This document shows positions 14,790 to 24,387 of a stretch of DNA of 42,453 nucleotides, in pieces. The stretch is from a virus. The notes beneath the pieces were generated by a model that saw only the letters and a list, made by a program, of their open reading frames with translations, had not been told where the DNA came from and did not search any database. The position numbers and the translations under genes are program-made. The stretch lies in the IMG/VR virus record IMGVR_UViG_3300028581_000086; one strand, written 5' to 3'. Position 1 is the stretch's first letter; each line of letters starts with the position of its first letter.

Positions 14790-15494
14790 ATGGGATATAT
14801 TTATTTGTTGGTCGACAATAGAAATGGTAAAAAATATGTTGGTAAACATAATGGTAATAACAAAAATTATTGGTCATCAGGCATTATACCGAATAGAATT
14901 GCTGAAAAATACGGTCGATCCGTGTTCAGTAAATGTATATTGGAAGATGATATACCAGAACACTTGTTAAATGAAAAAGAGATTTATTTCATAAATAGAG
15001 AGAATTCTTTTACAGATGGATATAATTCAACTAAAGGTGGTGATGGAGGAGGAGAATGGATATATCATAAATCGAAAGAAGAAAAAAAGAAAATTTCTGA
15101 AAATAAATCGAAGAAACTTTCAGGAAGAACTTTTTCTGAGGCCACTATTTTGAAAATGAAAGAATCAGGTAAGAAGAAAAAATTGACTGATGAACATAAA
15201 AAAAATATATCTATCGCAGTGAAAAAAAGAGGGGGGTTTCCACATAGTGAAGAAACTAAAATGAAATTATCTGAGTTGAAACAGGGAACAAAAAATGACC
15301 CTCACTCCAATTTCATGAAAACAAATAATCCGAATTTTTGTAAAATTAGTATCAATGGAATTATTTATAAATCGATAAAAGAATATTCTATAATACATAA
15401 GATTTATTACAATACTGTAAAAAATAGATTAAATTCTAAAACAAAAAAATTTGAAGAATGGTTTAGGTTAAAAACGAAAAAGAAGGGTAAATAA
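14790..15494 (+). CDS. GIY-YIG homing endonuclease (Seg-like, NUMOD-type repeats)
   Basis: MGYIYLLVDNRNGKKYVGKH, HSEETKMKLSE and LTDEHKKNIS repeats, ISINGIIYKSIKEYS NUMOD1-like. Confidence 0.88.
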   Translation: MGYIYLLVDNRNGKKYVGKHNGNNKNYWSSGIIPNRIAEKYGRSVFSKCILEDDIPEHLLNEKEIYFINRENSFTDGYNSTKGGDGGGEWIYHKSKEEKKKISENKSKKLSGRTFSEATILKMKESGKKKKLTDEHKKNISIAVKKRGGFPHSEETKMKLSELKQGTKNDPHSNFMKTNNPNFCKISINGIIYKSIKEYSIIHKIYYNTVKNRLNSKTKKFEEWFRLKTKKKGK

Positions 15495-15511
15495 CCCTTC
15501 TTTTTTTTTAG
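15481..15511 (+). terminator. Terminator after GIY-YIG gene
   Basis: AGAAGGGT-aaat-AACCCTTCT plus T-run. Confidence 0.75.
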
Positions 15512-15578
15512 ACTTAGAACACCCCCTTTACTTTTTGCTCGTCAGTTTATCACAAAATAATTTTACTTATTTTGGCTA

Positions 15579-15746
15579 TTATGTGAATAATCCTCCAACT
15601 TCATTCACATTAGGTTTTAATTTGTCATAAACCTTTGAAACTTTTTCACTCATCTTATTTTCAACAGAAGTTTTTGATAAATCATATTTCATCATCAACT
15701 TAACTCTCTCTAATGATTCTTCAGGGCTGTATTTTGGTTGCACCAT
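15579..15746 (-). CDS. hypothetical 55-aa protein
   Basis: Translated by eye: MVQPKYSPEESLERVKLMMKYDLSKTSVENKMSEKVSKVYDKLKPNVNEVGGLFT. Confidence 0.6.
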   Translation of the reverse strand: MVQPKYSPEESLERVKLMMKYDLSKTSVENKMSEKVSKVYDKLKPNVNEVGGLFT

Positions 15747-15779
15747 TATTCAATAATTTATAATATAAATACACGTAAT

Positions 15780-16013
15780 TTACCAAATTTGATTAGCAGC
15801 TCCTCTTTTAAGTTCGGTATTCCATTTTTCTCCTGAAACTCCTAATCTATTTGCTTTGCCTCTTGTTATAGTATATGAGTCCGACCATTTTGGGACTTTA
15901 CCTCCACCTCCTCCTGTAGGTGCCTCAGCTTCTTGTTCACCCATTTCATCTTTAGTTTCAATTTGAGAATACTTTGAAAAAAAATCTATAAGGAAGTCAA
16001 CGTCTAATATCAT
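15780..16013 (-). CDS. hypothetical protein, possibly structural
   Basis: Co-directional ORF with Gly-rich linker. Confidence 0.55.
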   Translation of the reverse strand: MILDVDFLIDFFSKYSQIETKDEMGEQEAEAPTGGGGGKVPKWSDSYTITRGKANRLGVSGEKWNTELKRGAANQIW

Positions 16014-16061
16014 ACTAATAAATATTTGTTTAATTAGAAAATTTTTTCTTACCTTTGGAAG

Positions 16062-16589
16062 ATGAAAAAGATTATACTGATAATTCTTTTATTTCTAACC
16101 TCTTGTCAATTCTACGTCACCGAAATAAAGGATGTCACGTTGAGTGGAAAGTATGTCATTTCCAGATTAGAAGTCACAAGTGTCGACCAAAGTCAACCGA
16201 GAAGTGAAATTTTTCTTATTGGTGACACATATGTGAATAATAATCTTGGACACCCATTTAACAAAATTCAAATAAATAATCTTTATATCCATTTTGATTA
16301 TTCTACAGTAAGAATGGATTGGATTCGAACTGAATCGGGTAGAGATATTTGGAGATATGGTATGCCACCAAATGAAATCTTTTACAAAACATTTGGCACA
16401 ACTCCATTTCATTCAGGATATGTTCAATTTGATTACATATCGAAAGATGGTAGTCCAATATCATTAAAATTTATTATTGAAGATGATGGATTAGAAAGCC
16501 TTCAATTAAAATTAAATGGAATTTGGTCAAATGGTCAATTTGGTGAAAAACAGGTTATGACAATGTCATTAACCCGAGTTGGGCCTTAG
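16062..16589 (+). CDS. lipoprotein, hypothetical
   Basis: MKKIILIILLFLTSCQF signal and lipobox. Confidence 0.7.
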   Translation: MKKIILIILLFLTSCQFYVTEIKDVTLSGKYVISRLEVTSVDQSQPRSEIFLIGDTYVNNNLGHPFNKIQINNLYIHFDYSTVRMDWIRTESGRDIWRYGMPPNEIFYKTFGTTPFHSGYVQFDYISKDGSPISLKFIIEDDGLESLQLKLNGIWSNGQFGEKQVMTMSLTRVGP

Positions 16590-16906
16590 TAAAATTCAGG
16601 GTCAGGGATTGACGATGGATTAACGATATAATATTCGTTTAGAAAAGATATCAGTATATCTTCATCTAATTCAATTTTTGTTTCTTCAAATGAATCATCC
16701 TCAAGGTCATCATCAAAAAAATCAAAAGATTCTGTGACTAAGTCAAATCCATAACTTTCTATTACACTATAATCTATTGTATCGACTCTTACAACATCTT
16801 CTTCATCTTCGATGGTTCTAAATGATACATCGACTAAATTGGCCTCATTATTAAAATAATAAGATACGATTTCCTTGATTTCCATAATACAACAATTTAT
16901 TAACAA
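16586..16906 (-). CDS. hypothetical protein
   Basis: Acidic ORF. Confidence 0.6.
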   Translation of the reverse strand: MLINCCIMEIKEIVSYYFNNEANLVDVSFRTIEDEEDVVRVDTIDYSVIESYGFDLVTESFDFFDDDLEDDSFEETKIELDEDILISFLNEYYIVNPSSIPDPEFY

Positions 16907-16949
16907 ATATTAGAAAATATATGAAAAGTTATATTTTTGTAATAATAAA

Positions 16950-16982
16950 ATAAAAAAACCCCATATTTCTATGGGGTTGAAA
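16950..16982. terminator. Terminator-like hairpin
   Basis: AACCCCATA-tttc-TATGGGGTT. Confidence 0.65.
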
Positions 16983-17025
16983 CTCATTTGAGTCGGTCCT
17001 ACGAGACTATCATAGGAGGGGTAAT

Positions 17026-18534
17026 TTATTTTATCACTTTCATTCTACTCATCATTTCCACAATTTTGTTTTTCTGATTGTGGAAGGATTCTTGTAAATC
17101 CTCATCAATTTCAAATTCTTCCTCATCTTCAACTTCCTCTTCATTATAACTTGACCTCTGATATGGTCCAGCCTTACCTGGTCCTTCAGAATCAAAGTCA
17201 TATGGAGGATCCATTTCTCCATAAATTCCTTGGGAACCTGATACGTCGACTTCATCTATTTCATCTGCGAATGCTGACTCCATGAACATGAAGTCCTCTT
17301 CTTCTTTCTCTTCTTGACCTCCACATTCTTCCATATACTCTATGATTAAATCCTCACCAAACCAATCCTTACACATATCATGAACTTCAAAATAGAAATC
17401 AGAGTGTAATTCTTGTTCAGTTTCAATAAAGAAAGTATCTAATGCGGTAGTAATAACATTATCAGCATATTCAAATTCATCACCAAAGTCTTTACAGGTA
17501 TCGAATTGGTCTTTTTCATATTCGATAAAAGTTAACAAATTCGAATAAGTTACTCCTCTTATTCTGTATTTTAACATATCCTCAGGTGCTTGTTCTCCCA
17601 TTTCTCCTTCTGTAGGATATACATCTCCACCCGCCATTGGTCCATCAGAAATAAAGTCATATGCCGGATCAATATTACTTAAATCCATATCAGGAGCGTT
17701 TCCTCCTCCTGTATAACCTTGTTCATTAATAGTTTCAGATCCTTTCAACAAATCTTTGTCGATAAGACCAACTCTTATTAAACGATTCAATAAAGTTTTT
17801 CTTGGTAATTTTCTCAAATATCTGATTACAATTGGTGGAATATCTTCACCGTATTGTCCGAATAAATTATTTAGAATTTCATTTTCTTGTGGAGTTGGGA
17901 TAAATGAAGCTCTTGCTCGAGATGCTTTCATACCTCTTTTACCCTTTTCATACGGCATGTCATCTGTTTCATCCTCATCTATTTGGTCTCCGACCTCTAA
18001 ATCTTCAAATCCATCATCTTCGTTGTCAGGATCTTCGTATTCATCTTCTTTGTATAAGTTTTTATGCATTTTCTCAAAAGTATCTATACTATTAGATGGA
18101 CCTTCGATGTAATCAAACCCTGCAGATGGGTTCAAATCTTCCTCATCATAGATGTCGTCAAGTTTTCCAACACCTTCTTCCATGTCTCCACTACCGCATT
18201 GTTCACAAATACCTTCAGTCATTCGACCTCCACATTGCTCACACATTTCTTTCCCTTCAACTTGTTCGTTGATTCCCATATTCGTATATTTCTTTACTTC
18301 ACCTTTGTTGTTTACAACCATTCCGTCTTTATCTCCGGCAAAGTCGTAGGTATACAAAGGTTGGGTGTTAGAAACCTGTGGTTGCATGGTTTGGTACCCA
18401 TTATACAAACTCTTGTGTTGGTCCAAAATATTTTGTTTCTCTGTTGCAGATAATTGACCTAATCCGAAGTATCCTCTCATAACTATTAGTTTTATTAATA
18501 AATACTTTTCTTTTTCCATTTTTTCATTTGACAT
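17026..18534 (-). CDS. large acidic hypothetical protein with internal zinc-ribbon (CEQCG...CEQCG)
   Basis: 502-aa ORF. Confidence 0.75.
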   Translation of the reverse strand: MSNEKMEKEKYLLIKLIVMRGYFGLGQLSATEKQNILDQHKSLYNGYQTMQPQVSNTQPLYTYDFAGDKDGMVVNNKGEVKKYTNMGINEQVEGKEMCEQCGGRMTEGICEQCGSGDMEEGVGKLDDIYDEEDLNPSAGFDYIEGPSNSIDTFEKMHKNLYKEDEYEDPDNEDDGFEDLEVGDQIDEDETDDMPYEKGKRGMKASRARASFIPTPQENEILNNLFGQYGEDIPPIVIRYLRKLPRKTLLNRLIRVGLIDKDLLKGSETINEQGYTGGGNAPDMDLSNIDPAYDFISDGPMAGGDVYPTEGEMGEQAPEDMLKYRIRGVTYSNLLTFIEYEKDQFDTCKDFGDEFEYADNVITTALDTFFIETEQELHSDFYFEVHDMCKDWFGEDLIIEYMEECGGQEEKEEEDFMFMESAFADEIDEVDVSGSQGIYGEMDPPYDFDSEGPGKAGPYQRSSYNEEEVEDEEEFEIDEDLQESFHNQKNKIVEMMSRMKVIK

Positions 18535-18651
18535 TATCTCACATAAAATTTATTATTGTATTACACAAGTGAGTTCTGTATTTTCATCCGATAGTATCTT
18601 GGTAATTTATTTATCGCCTCAATTTATGGACTCACTTGTCATTTCTCTACT

Positions 18652-18906
18652 ATGACAATCAACGACTACGATATCGACGAATACGCTGAAGGTGCCATCA
18701 TTTTGGATGGACTTGATGAAGCCATAATTGGAATTGTCGAAGAGTTCGGTAACGGGCCTCGAATTCTATATTCAAAAAACAAAATCCTCAACATTCTCTG
18801 TGAAAGAGATTTAATGACTCATTCTGAAGCAGAAGAGTTCTACGATTACAATATCATCGGGTTATATGCTGGAGAACAAAATCCAGTATTTTTGGTTTCC
18901 GAGTAA
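18652..18906 (+). CDS. hypothetical protein
   Basis: ORF, co-directional with following gene. Confidence 0.6.
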   Translation: MTINDYDIDEYAEGAIILDGLDEAIIGIVEEFGNGPRILYSKNKILNILCERDLMTHSEAEEFYDYNIIGLYAGEQNPVFLVSE

Positions 18907-18926
18907 TTTTTTATTATCTTTACGTC

Positions 18927-19601
18927 ATGATAAAGATAGATGTGAATATCAAAGGTAGGACTGAACAAAATGTTTGGATATTTTCCGATCCTCACTACAA
19001 CCACAAAAACATATGCCGTGGTGTTACCAGCTGGAGAACTCAGGATGGTGAAATCCCTATTGAACAAACTCGAGATTTTCCAACTTTGGAAAAAATGAAT
19101 TCCGCAATCGTTAATAACATTAATAATTGCGTGATGCCTGATGATACTCTTATATGCCTTGGCGATTGGTCTTTCGGTGGATTCGAAAGTATCCGTGAAT
19201 TTTGGGATAGAATCATGTGTAAAAACATCCACTTAATTTTGGGAAATCACGACCATCATATTAAAAAAAATAGAAATGATTGTCAAGAACTTTTCAAGAG
19301 CGTATCTCATTACAATACTCTTGAAATAGGACAATTTAAGTTTCGTTTGATGCACTACCCAATTAGTTCTTGGGATGGTCTTGGTAAGGGAGTGATGCAC
19401 TTGCACGGGCACTGTCACCTTCCAACTCATTTGAGATTCGGTAAAGGTCAAAGAATGGATGTCGGTATGGATGGTCACCCTGAATTTAGACCATATAATA
19501 TGATGGATGAAGTTATTCCACTCCTTCGTCATCGACCAAAAATTTCAGAAGTTGGAGAATACGATCATCATTTAGATAACATTCAAAATAAAGATAAATA
19601 G
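18927..19601 (+). CDS. calcineurin-like metallophosphoesterase
   Basis: FSDPHYNH, CLGDWSFG, LILGNHDHH, HLHGHCH motifs. Confidence 0.87.
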   Translation: MIKIDVNIKGRTEQNVWIFSDPHYNHKNICRGVTSWRTQDGEIPIEQTRDFPTLEKMNSAIVNNINNCVMPDDTLICLGDWSFGGFESIREFWDRIMCKNIHLILGNHDHHIKKNRNDCQELFKSVSHYNTLEIGQFKFRLMHYPISSWDGLGKGVMHLHGHCHLPTHLRFGKGQRMDVGMDGHPEFRPYNMMDEVIPLLRHRPKISEVGEYDHHLDNIQNKDK

Positions 19602-19603
19602 AT

Positions 19604-19792
19604 ATGGGAAATTGGTTTTTTCACAAAAGTAGATTCGTAAAATTCGAAGGGAGATACTGGATTATTCCGTGTATATCACTTTGGATTGACAGGTATTATT
19701 TCTTGGAGACAGGAGTTGAAACTCCAGCCTTTGGTATTCAGATAAGTTTTCTTAACTTTGCTTTTGGGATGACTATACAAAAACGATATTGA
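19604..19792 (+). CDS. hypothetical protein
   Basis: Tightly packed co-directional ORF. Confidence 0.5.
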   Translation: MGNWFFHKSRFVKFEGRYWIIPCISLWIDRYYFLETGVETPAFGIQISFLNFAFGMTIQKRY

Positions 19793-19793
19793 A

Positions 19794-20192
19794 ATGAAAG
19801 AATTATTCTTATTGAGAGGATTACCCGGCAGTGGTAAATCAACTTTGGCAAAAATGTTAGTTGGTGAGAAAGATTATTGTCATAAGGAGGCAGATATGTA
19901 TTTTGTGGATGGGGATGGAAACTATAAGTTCCAACCATCCAAAATCAAAGAAGCTCACAAATGGTGTCAAGAAGAAATTGAATTTGCAATGAAGTACGAA
20001 CATTCTCCAGTTGTAGTATCAAACACATTTACTCAAGAGTGGGAAATGGAAGAATACTATAAGTTGGCAGAGAAGTATGGATATAGAGTTCATTCCCTTA
20101 TTGTGGAGAATAGACACAATGGAATAAATGAGCACGGAGTACCTGCCGATAAATTAGAACAAATGAAAAACCGATTTGAAATAAAGTTATGA
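19794..20192 (+). CDS. P-loop kinase, polynucleotide-kinase-like (NEDD4BP2-type)
   Basis: LFLLRGLPGSGKSTLAKML Walker A; VVVSNTFTQEWEMEEY; HGVPADKLEQMKNRFE. Confidence 0.82.
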   Translation: MKELFLLRGLPGSGKSTLAKMLVGEKDYCHKEADMYFVDGDGNYKFQPSKIKEAHKWCQEEIEFAMKYEHSPVVVSNTFTQEWEMEEYYKLAEKYGYRVHSLIVENRHNGINEHGVPADKLEQMKNRFEIKL

Positions 20193-20359
20193 AAAAGAAA
20201 ATATTGAGTTTTGTCGCCTTGATTGGAGTGTTCACTTTAGGTATGTATACTGCGAGCCAATTTGTGTTCGGTACACCTGTGGATACTCACAGATGGTTAA
20301 TTACTATTCTTGCGATTGTAATACTTTTGTCAATCGCTGACGAGACAGAAAAAAAATAA
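20189..20359 (+). CDS. small membrane protein
   Basis: Translated by eye: MKKKILSFVALIGVFTLGMYTASQFVFGTPVDTHRWLITILAIVILLSIADETEKK. Confidence 0.55.
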   Translation: MKKKILSFVALIGVFTLGMYTASQFVFGTPVDTHRWLITILAIVILLSIADETEKK

Positions 20360-20362
20360 TGT

Positions 20363-20590
20363 ATGAAACTTTTTTGTAAAATTGGACTTCATTATTGGAA
20401 AACCAAAAAGGAAAAACATGAAGTAGTTGACCATCCAAAAGGTAGAAAAGACATAAGGGTTAATGTACGAGAATGTAAACTCTGTGGTGATAGACAATAC
20501 TGGTCTCTACCAGATAAAAATGATGTACGGATATGGAAACCATGTCCATTCAAAAAAACCGATAAAATAACATTAAATCAAATTAAATAA
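20363..20590 (+). CDS. small cysteine-containing phage protein
   Basis: MKLFCKIGLHYW...CKLCGDRQYW. Confidence 0.6.
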   Translation: MKLFCKIGLHYWKTKKEKHEVVDHPKGRKDIRVNVRECKLCGDRQYWSLPDKNDVRIWKPCPFKKTDKITLNQIK

Positions 20591-20591
20591 T

Positions 20592-20813
20592 ATGCAAACA
20601 TTAGTATTCAACACAAAAACTAAAGTAGTGACACTCTACGCACAACATCCTGGATCTAATATGATTCATACTTTCTCAGATGTTCCAACTGTAAAAGTTA
20701 TGGAATCTTATTATGAAGTAATAAGAAAACAACTCGATGAAGACGGAAACGATGTTCGTGTTCCTGTTGCAAGATTTCCGATTGCAAACACAAATATGTT
20801 AATCCAAAACTAA
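20592..20813 (+). CDS. hypothetical protein
   Basis: Packed co-directional ORF. Confidence 0.55.
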   Translation: MQTLVFNTKTKVVTLYAQHPGSNMIHTFSDVPTVKVMESYYEVIRKQLDEDGNDVRVPVARFPIANTNMLIQN

Positions 20814-20863
20814 CATTTTCTTTTTTCCATTTTTTTTAGTACCTTTGGAAATACGATAAAAAA

Positions 20864-21298
20864 ATGGAATTCGACTTAAACATATTGACTGAGTACATAG
20901 AGAAGGGTTTGGTGGTTAAAAATGACCATCCAACCCTTCCTTTGTCTATATACAACTATACCAGAAAGACCCAATACGAGAAATTGTGGGATAATATCAC
21001 CAAGAGTTGTAGGGGATTAATTTTGGATAATCAGGGTAATGTAATCGCTAAATCTTTCGATAAGTTTTTTAACTATGAGGAATTAACCTTAGATGATATC
21101 CCTAATGAATCTTTTGAGGTATTTGAAAAAATGGATGGTTCACTTTTAATTGTTTTTTGGTATGAAGGTAAATGGATTGTTGCATCTCGTGGCTCATTTA
21201 CATCCGAACAAGCGATAAAAGGTGCTGAACTTCTAAAAAAATACAATACAGATATTATGTTCAGACACTTAACGTATTGTTTTGAAATTATTTATTAG
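20864..21298 (+). CDS. T4 RnlA-like RNA ligase, N-terminal fragment with catalytic lysine motif
   Basis: SCRGLILDNQGNVIAKSFDKFFNYEE ... FEVFEKMDGSLLIVFWYEGKWIVASRGSF ... TYCFEIIY-stop. Confidence 0.85.
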   Translation: MEFDLNILTEYIEKGLVVKNDHPTLPLSIYNYTRKTQYEKLWDNITKSCRGLILDNQGNVIAKSFDKFFNYEELTLDDIPNESFEVFEKMDGSLLIVFWYEGKWIVASRGSFTSEQAIKGAELLKKYNTDIMFRHLTYCFEIIY

Positions 21299-21354
21299 AT
21301 TTATTCACAGAATAGTATTGTTTTTAATTATATTAGATATTTATATAAAAATAG

Positions 21355-22173
21355 ATGGATATGAATAATGAAGCGTTTGTATATAAATGGTTTAATTTGA
21401 CTAATGGTAAATCATATATTGGTTATCATAAAGGAGACATAAGTGATGGGTATATTTCATCATCACATAATCAGGATTTTTGGAATGATTTTAATAATCC
21501 GGATATGATATGGGAAAGAAAAATTATTACCGGAGGGACAAAGGATGCGTGTTTACAAATTGAACAAAAATTATTAAAAGAAATTGATTTAAGAAATGAC
21601 AGGTATTATAATAACGCAAGAGGTTCAGAAATAATCTTCACTAAAGATATTTTAGATAAAATGTCAAACTCCCATAAAAAAAGATGGGAAATTATGAGTG
21701 ATGAGAAAAAAGTAGAACACGCAAAAAAAATATCGGAATCAAAAAAGGGCGTTCCTCGTAGTGAAGAAACAAAAAAGAAATTGAGCGATTTATTAAAAGG
21801 AAAAACATTTATTGAACGATTCGGTGAAGATAAATCAAAAGAAATTGGAAATAAAATTAGTAATATAAACACCGGAAAACATTATCATAGTGAAGAACAT
21901 AAACAAAATTTACGCAAAAAACTGATGGGTAATGATTACGGAAAATACCAAAGTCACGAAACTAAAGATAAAAAACGAATTAGGATGTGTCAACTTAATT
22001 TAGGTAAAACGCCGACTGATGAAACAAGGAAAAAAATGAGTGAAAGTAGAAAAGGAATGCCATCATTAAATAAAGGTGTGCCAAGAAAAAAAGTAACTTG
22101 TCCATATTGTGGTAAAGAAGGCGGCGAAGGATTGATGCACAGATGGCACTTTGAAAATTGTAAAAATAAATAA
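21355..22173 (+). CDS. GIY-YIG homing endonuclease inserted in RNA ligase gene
   Basis: FVYKWFNLTNGKSYIGYHKG; RSEETKKKLSD, HSEEHKQNL, DETRKKMSES NUMOD3-like repeats; C-terminal CPYCG...HRWHFENC zinc motif. Confidence 0.87.
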   Translation: MDMNNEAFVYKWFNLTNGKSYIGYHKGDISDGYISSSHNQDFWNDFNNPDMIWERKIITGGTKDACLQIEQKLLKEIDLRNDRYYNNARGSEIIFTKDILDKMSNSHKKRWEIMSDEKKVEHAKKISESKKGVPRSEETKKKLSDLLKGKTFIERFGEDKSKEIGNKISNINTGKHYHSEEHKQNLRKKLMGNDYGKYQSHETKDKKRIRMCQLNLGKTPTDETRKKMSESRKGMPSLNKGVPRKKVTCPYCGKEGGEGLMHRWHFENCKNK

Positions 22174-22176
22174 CTT

Positions 22177-22782
22177 GTGGGAGGACAAAATAGAATAGTA
22201 GTTGATTACGGAGATTATGAAGGGTTAGTTTTATTAGGAACCTTTGATAATAATGGGAAAGAATATGATATAGATATTTGGAGACAATATGGATTTGATG
22301 TTGTTAAGAAATATGACGGCATACAGGATTATAAGACCCTTAAATCTTCTATCTCCAAAGAGAGGGAAGGTTATGTGATAAAGTTCAGAAGTGGTCTTAG
22401 AGTTAAAATAAAAGGGGAAGATTACGTTTACCTTCATAGGTTACTCACCGAGTTTTCCTCTGTTGATATATGGGAATACTTGAAAGACAAAAAAGATATA
22501 ACCACCTTGTTAGATAGTGTTCCTGACGAATTTGACTCATGGGTAAAAAATACCGTGAAAGATTTGGTCGATAAATATGAAAATATCCTGAAAGATTATA
22601 CCGAAATATTCAACGAACTGAAATCAAAAAATTTGGATACAAAAGAATTTGCTGAAAACGCAAAAAGATATGAACATCCGTCAATATTATTCAGTATGTT
22701 GAATGGAAAAGATGTATCTCCTTACATATGGAAAATGATAAAACCTGAATTTAGAAAACCGTTTTGGAAGAAAGAATCATGA
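22177..22782 (+). CDS. T4 RnlA-like RNA ligase, C-terminal fragment (GTG start as called)
   Basis: NRIVVDYGDYEGLVLLG ... REGYVIKFRSGLRVKIKGEDYVYLH: ligase motifs IV/V. Confidence 0.82.
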   Translation: MGGQNRIVVDYGDYEGLVLLGTFDNNGKEYDIDIWRQYGFDVVKKYDGIQDYKTLKSSISKEREGYVIKFRSGLRVKIKGEDYVYLHRLLTEFSSVDIWEYLKDKKDITTLLDSVPDEFDSWVKNTVKDLVDKYENILKDYTEIFNELKSKNLDTKEFAENAKRYEHPSILFSMLNGKDVSPYIWKMIKPEFRKPFWKKES

Positions 22783-22979
22783 CACCAAGTTTAGAAAAAA
22801 TATTAAATACACATATTGTTCATACAGGATTTTTTGATAGAAATTCAGTTGAAAAATGCATGGAACAATCTTATGATTTGGGGACTAAAGAATTCATCGA
22901 ATGGTTATCAAAACAAGACAACCTCTCCGACAACATAAACTACATCATCGAAGAATGGGAGAACAAAAATAAATTATGA
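22764..22979 (+). CDS. hypothetical protein
   Basis: Overlapping packed ORF. Confidence 0.6.
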   Translation: MEERIMTPSLEKILNTHIVHTGFFDRNSVEKCMEQSYDLGTKEFIEWLSKQDNLSDNINYIIEEWENKNKL

Positions 22980-23308
22980 AATATTATCTTTTGGTTTTGG
23001 CGTTTCAAATTATGTTCAATATCTTTAAGGTATTGGAAATAAAATACACATACGAGAACAAGTTGATCCTATTGTTGTACAATTCCATTTACATTAACTT
23101 AGTCTCCTTAGCGTCAGTTTATTGGTCATTGGACCTTCTGTTTGAAGGTGATTGGTGGGTAATTCCATTTTATGTTGGTGGAAGTGTTATCGGAAAATGG
23201 ATTGCCATGCGTCATGTTGAAAATATCAGATATAAAATATTCAAGTTATTCGGAAAAAAAATTAGTAAATTAGAAAAAAAACTCTCAAAGACAGATGAAG
23301 ACAGATAA
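22976..23308 (+). CDS. membrane protein, hypothetical
   Basis: Multiple hydrophobic segments. Confidence 0.65.
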   Translation: MKYYLLVLAFQIMFNIFKVLEIKYTYENKLILLLYNSIYINLVSLASVYWSLDLLFEGDWWVIPFYVGGSVIGKWIAMRHVENIRYKIFKLFGKKISKLEKKLSKTDEDR

Positions 23309-23948
23309 AGAAAGTAAGTTCGTATTTAAGGATAATAGACCTTTCAAAGAAAAAACATTGGATTTCCTACAAAGTCTTGTGTTTTGGAAGGGTAGAAAAA
23401 AAGGAATGATTTTTACTAAAAACATTTCTTTGGATGAACTCCGTGCGGTTTTTTTTCCAAAAAATTTTTACGAGAAATATCATTATTTAGGATCAGTTCC
23501 TTACCGACAAGATGGGAAATTGTTCAAAGCATTGTACCCTTTAGTTCTTGCAATGGATTATGAAGCAAAACCGAAATGGTGTCCAAGATGGGTTCTTCGT
23601 TTTCTACACTTGTTTGGTTCCGATAACTCCATTGTGAGAGTTCGTAATTTCACTTTACACAATTTGGAGAAAAAACTTACAAAAGGAATGATGATGTGGG
23701 ATTACAAAACCAAGTGGACGGATTATGATTTGAGGATTTCAATCAACGCACCACAACATCTTCAAGATTTGGCGAATTACATAGAAACAGGGTATTTTTC
23801 CAAAGGAAGACAAGAAGAATTAGTTGGAAAGATTAAGGCTATCGATCCTGAGGCAAAAATAGTTTGGGGTAGTGTAGATAGGTTAGTTGAACAGTACAAC
23901 AAATTAAACGGTAAAACAGACCAAGACTCTTATGATTATATCAGTTGA
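23295..23948 (+). CDS. conserved phage hypothetical protein
   Basis: 217-aa ORF in packed operon. Confidence 0.7.
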   Translation: MKTDKESKFVFKDNRPFKEKTLDFLQSLVFWKGRKKGMIFTKNISLDELRAVFFPKNFYEKYHYLGSVPYRQDGKLFKALYPLVLAMDYEAKPKWCPRWVLRFLHLFGSDNSIVRVRNFTLHNLEKKLTKGMMMWDYKTKWTDYDLRISINAPQHLQDLANYIETGYFSKGRQEELVGKIKAIDPEAKIVWGSVDRLVEQYNKLNGKTDQDSYDYIS

Positions 23949-24141
23949 AATATTATTATCAATTTTGATTATCCTTATAATAATTCCGGTTATTTCTGTT
24001 CTGTGGGTGAGTGGAATCGATTATATGGATAAAAATCATCCTGATTACAAAGGATATGACTTATTTGATGAAGGAGAAGAAGATAAACCTCTTGACGAAG
24101 ATGAAAAAGATGATATCAGAAATAAGGAGATTATTGGCTAA
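23932..24141 (+). CDS. small membrane protein
   Basis: N-terminal transmembrane segment, acidic tail. Confidence 0.6.
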   Translation: MIISVEILLSILIILIIIPVISVLWVSGIDYMDKNHPDYKGYDLFDEGEEDKPLDEDEKDDIRNKEIIG

Positions 24142-24144
24142 AAA

Positions 24145-24345
24145 ATGAAAAAAATTAAAGAAGTATTTGTAATTTTTAATCCTTATGATAATGGATACTA
24201 TGATGGGTATGGATATTTTCGAGGGATTTTGTTTAGTAAAAAATATGCCGAAAAAGAAATGGCAGTTTCAGAAATGGAAAAAATTCTCGATCGTTCAAGT
24301 GGACAAACTTTCTTAAAGATTGAATCATTTAACACTTTCTCGTGA
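24145..24345 (+). CDS. hypothetical protein
   Basis: Packed co-directional ORF. Confidence 0.55.
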   Translation: MKKIKEVFVIFNPYDNGYYDGYGYFRGILFSKKYAEKEMAVSEMEKILDRSSGQTFLKIESFNTFS

Positions 24346-24360
24346 AATCGAGGATAATTA

Positions 24361-24386
24361 CGGGAGAGATAATTAATCTCTCCCTC
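24361..24386. terminator. Terminator-like hairpin between convergent genes
   Basis: GGGAGAGAtaattaaTCTCTCCC. Confidence 0.6.
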
Positions 24387-24387
24387 T

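Noticed and set aside
21299-22176. Conventional group I intron explaining the split RNA ligase
   Set aside because: Non-ORF sequence is too short and no P7/S-type core motifs like those at 9404..9636 were seen; left open only if the core overlaps the endonuclease ORF.
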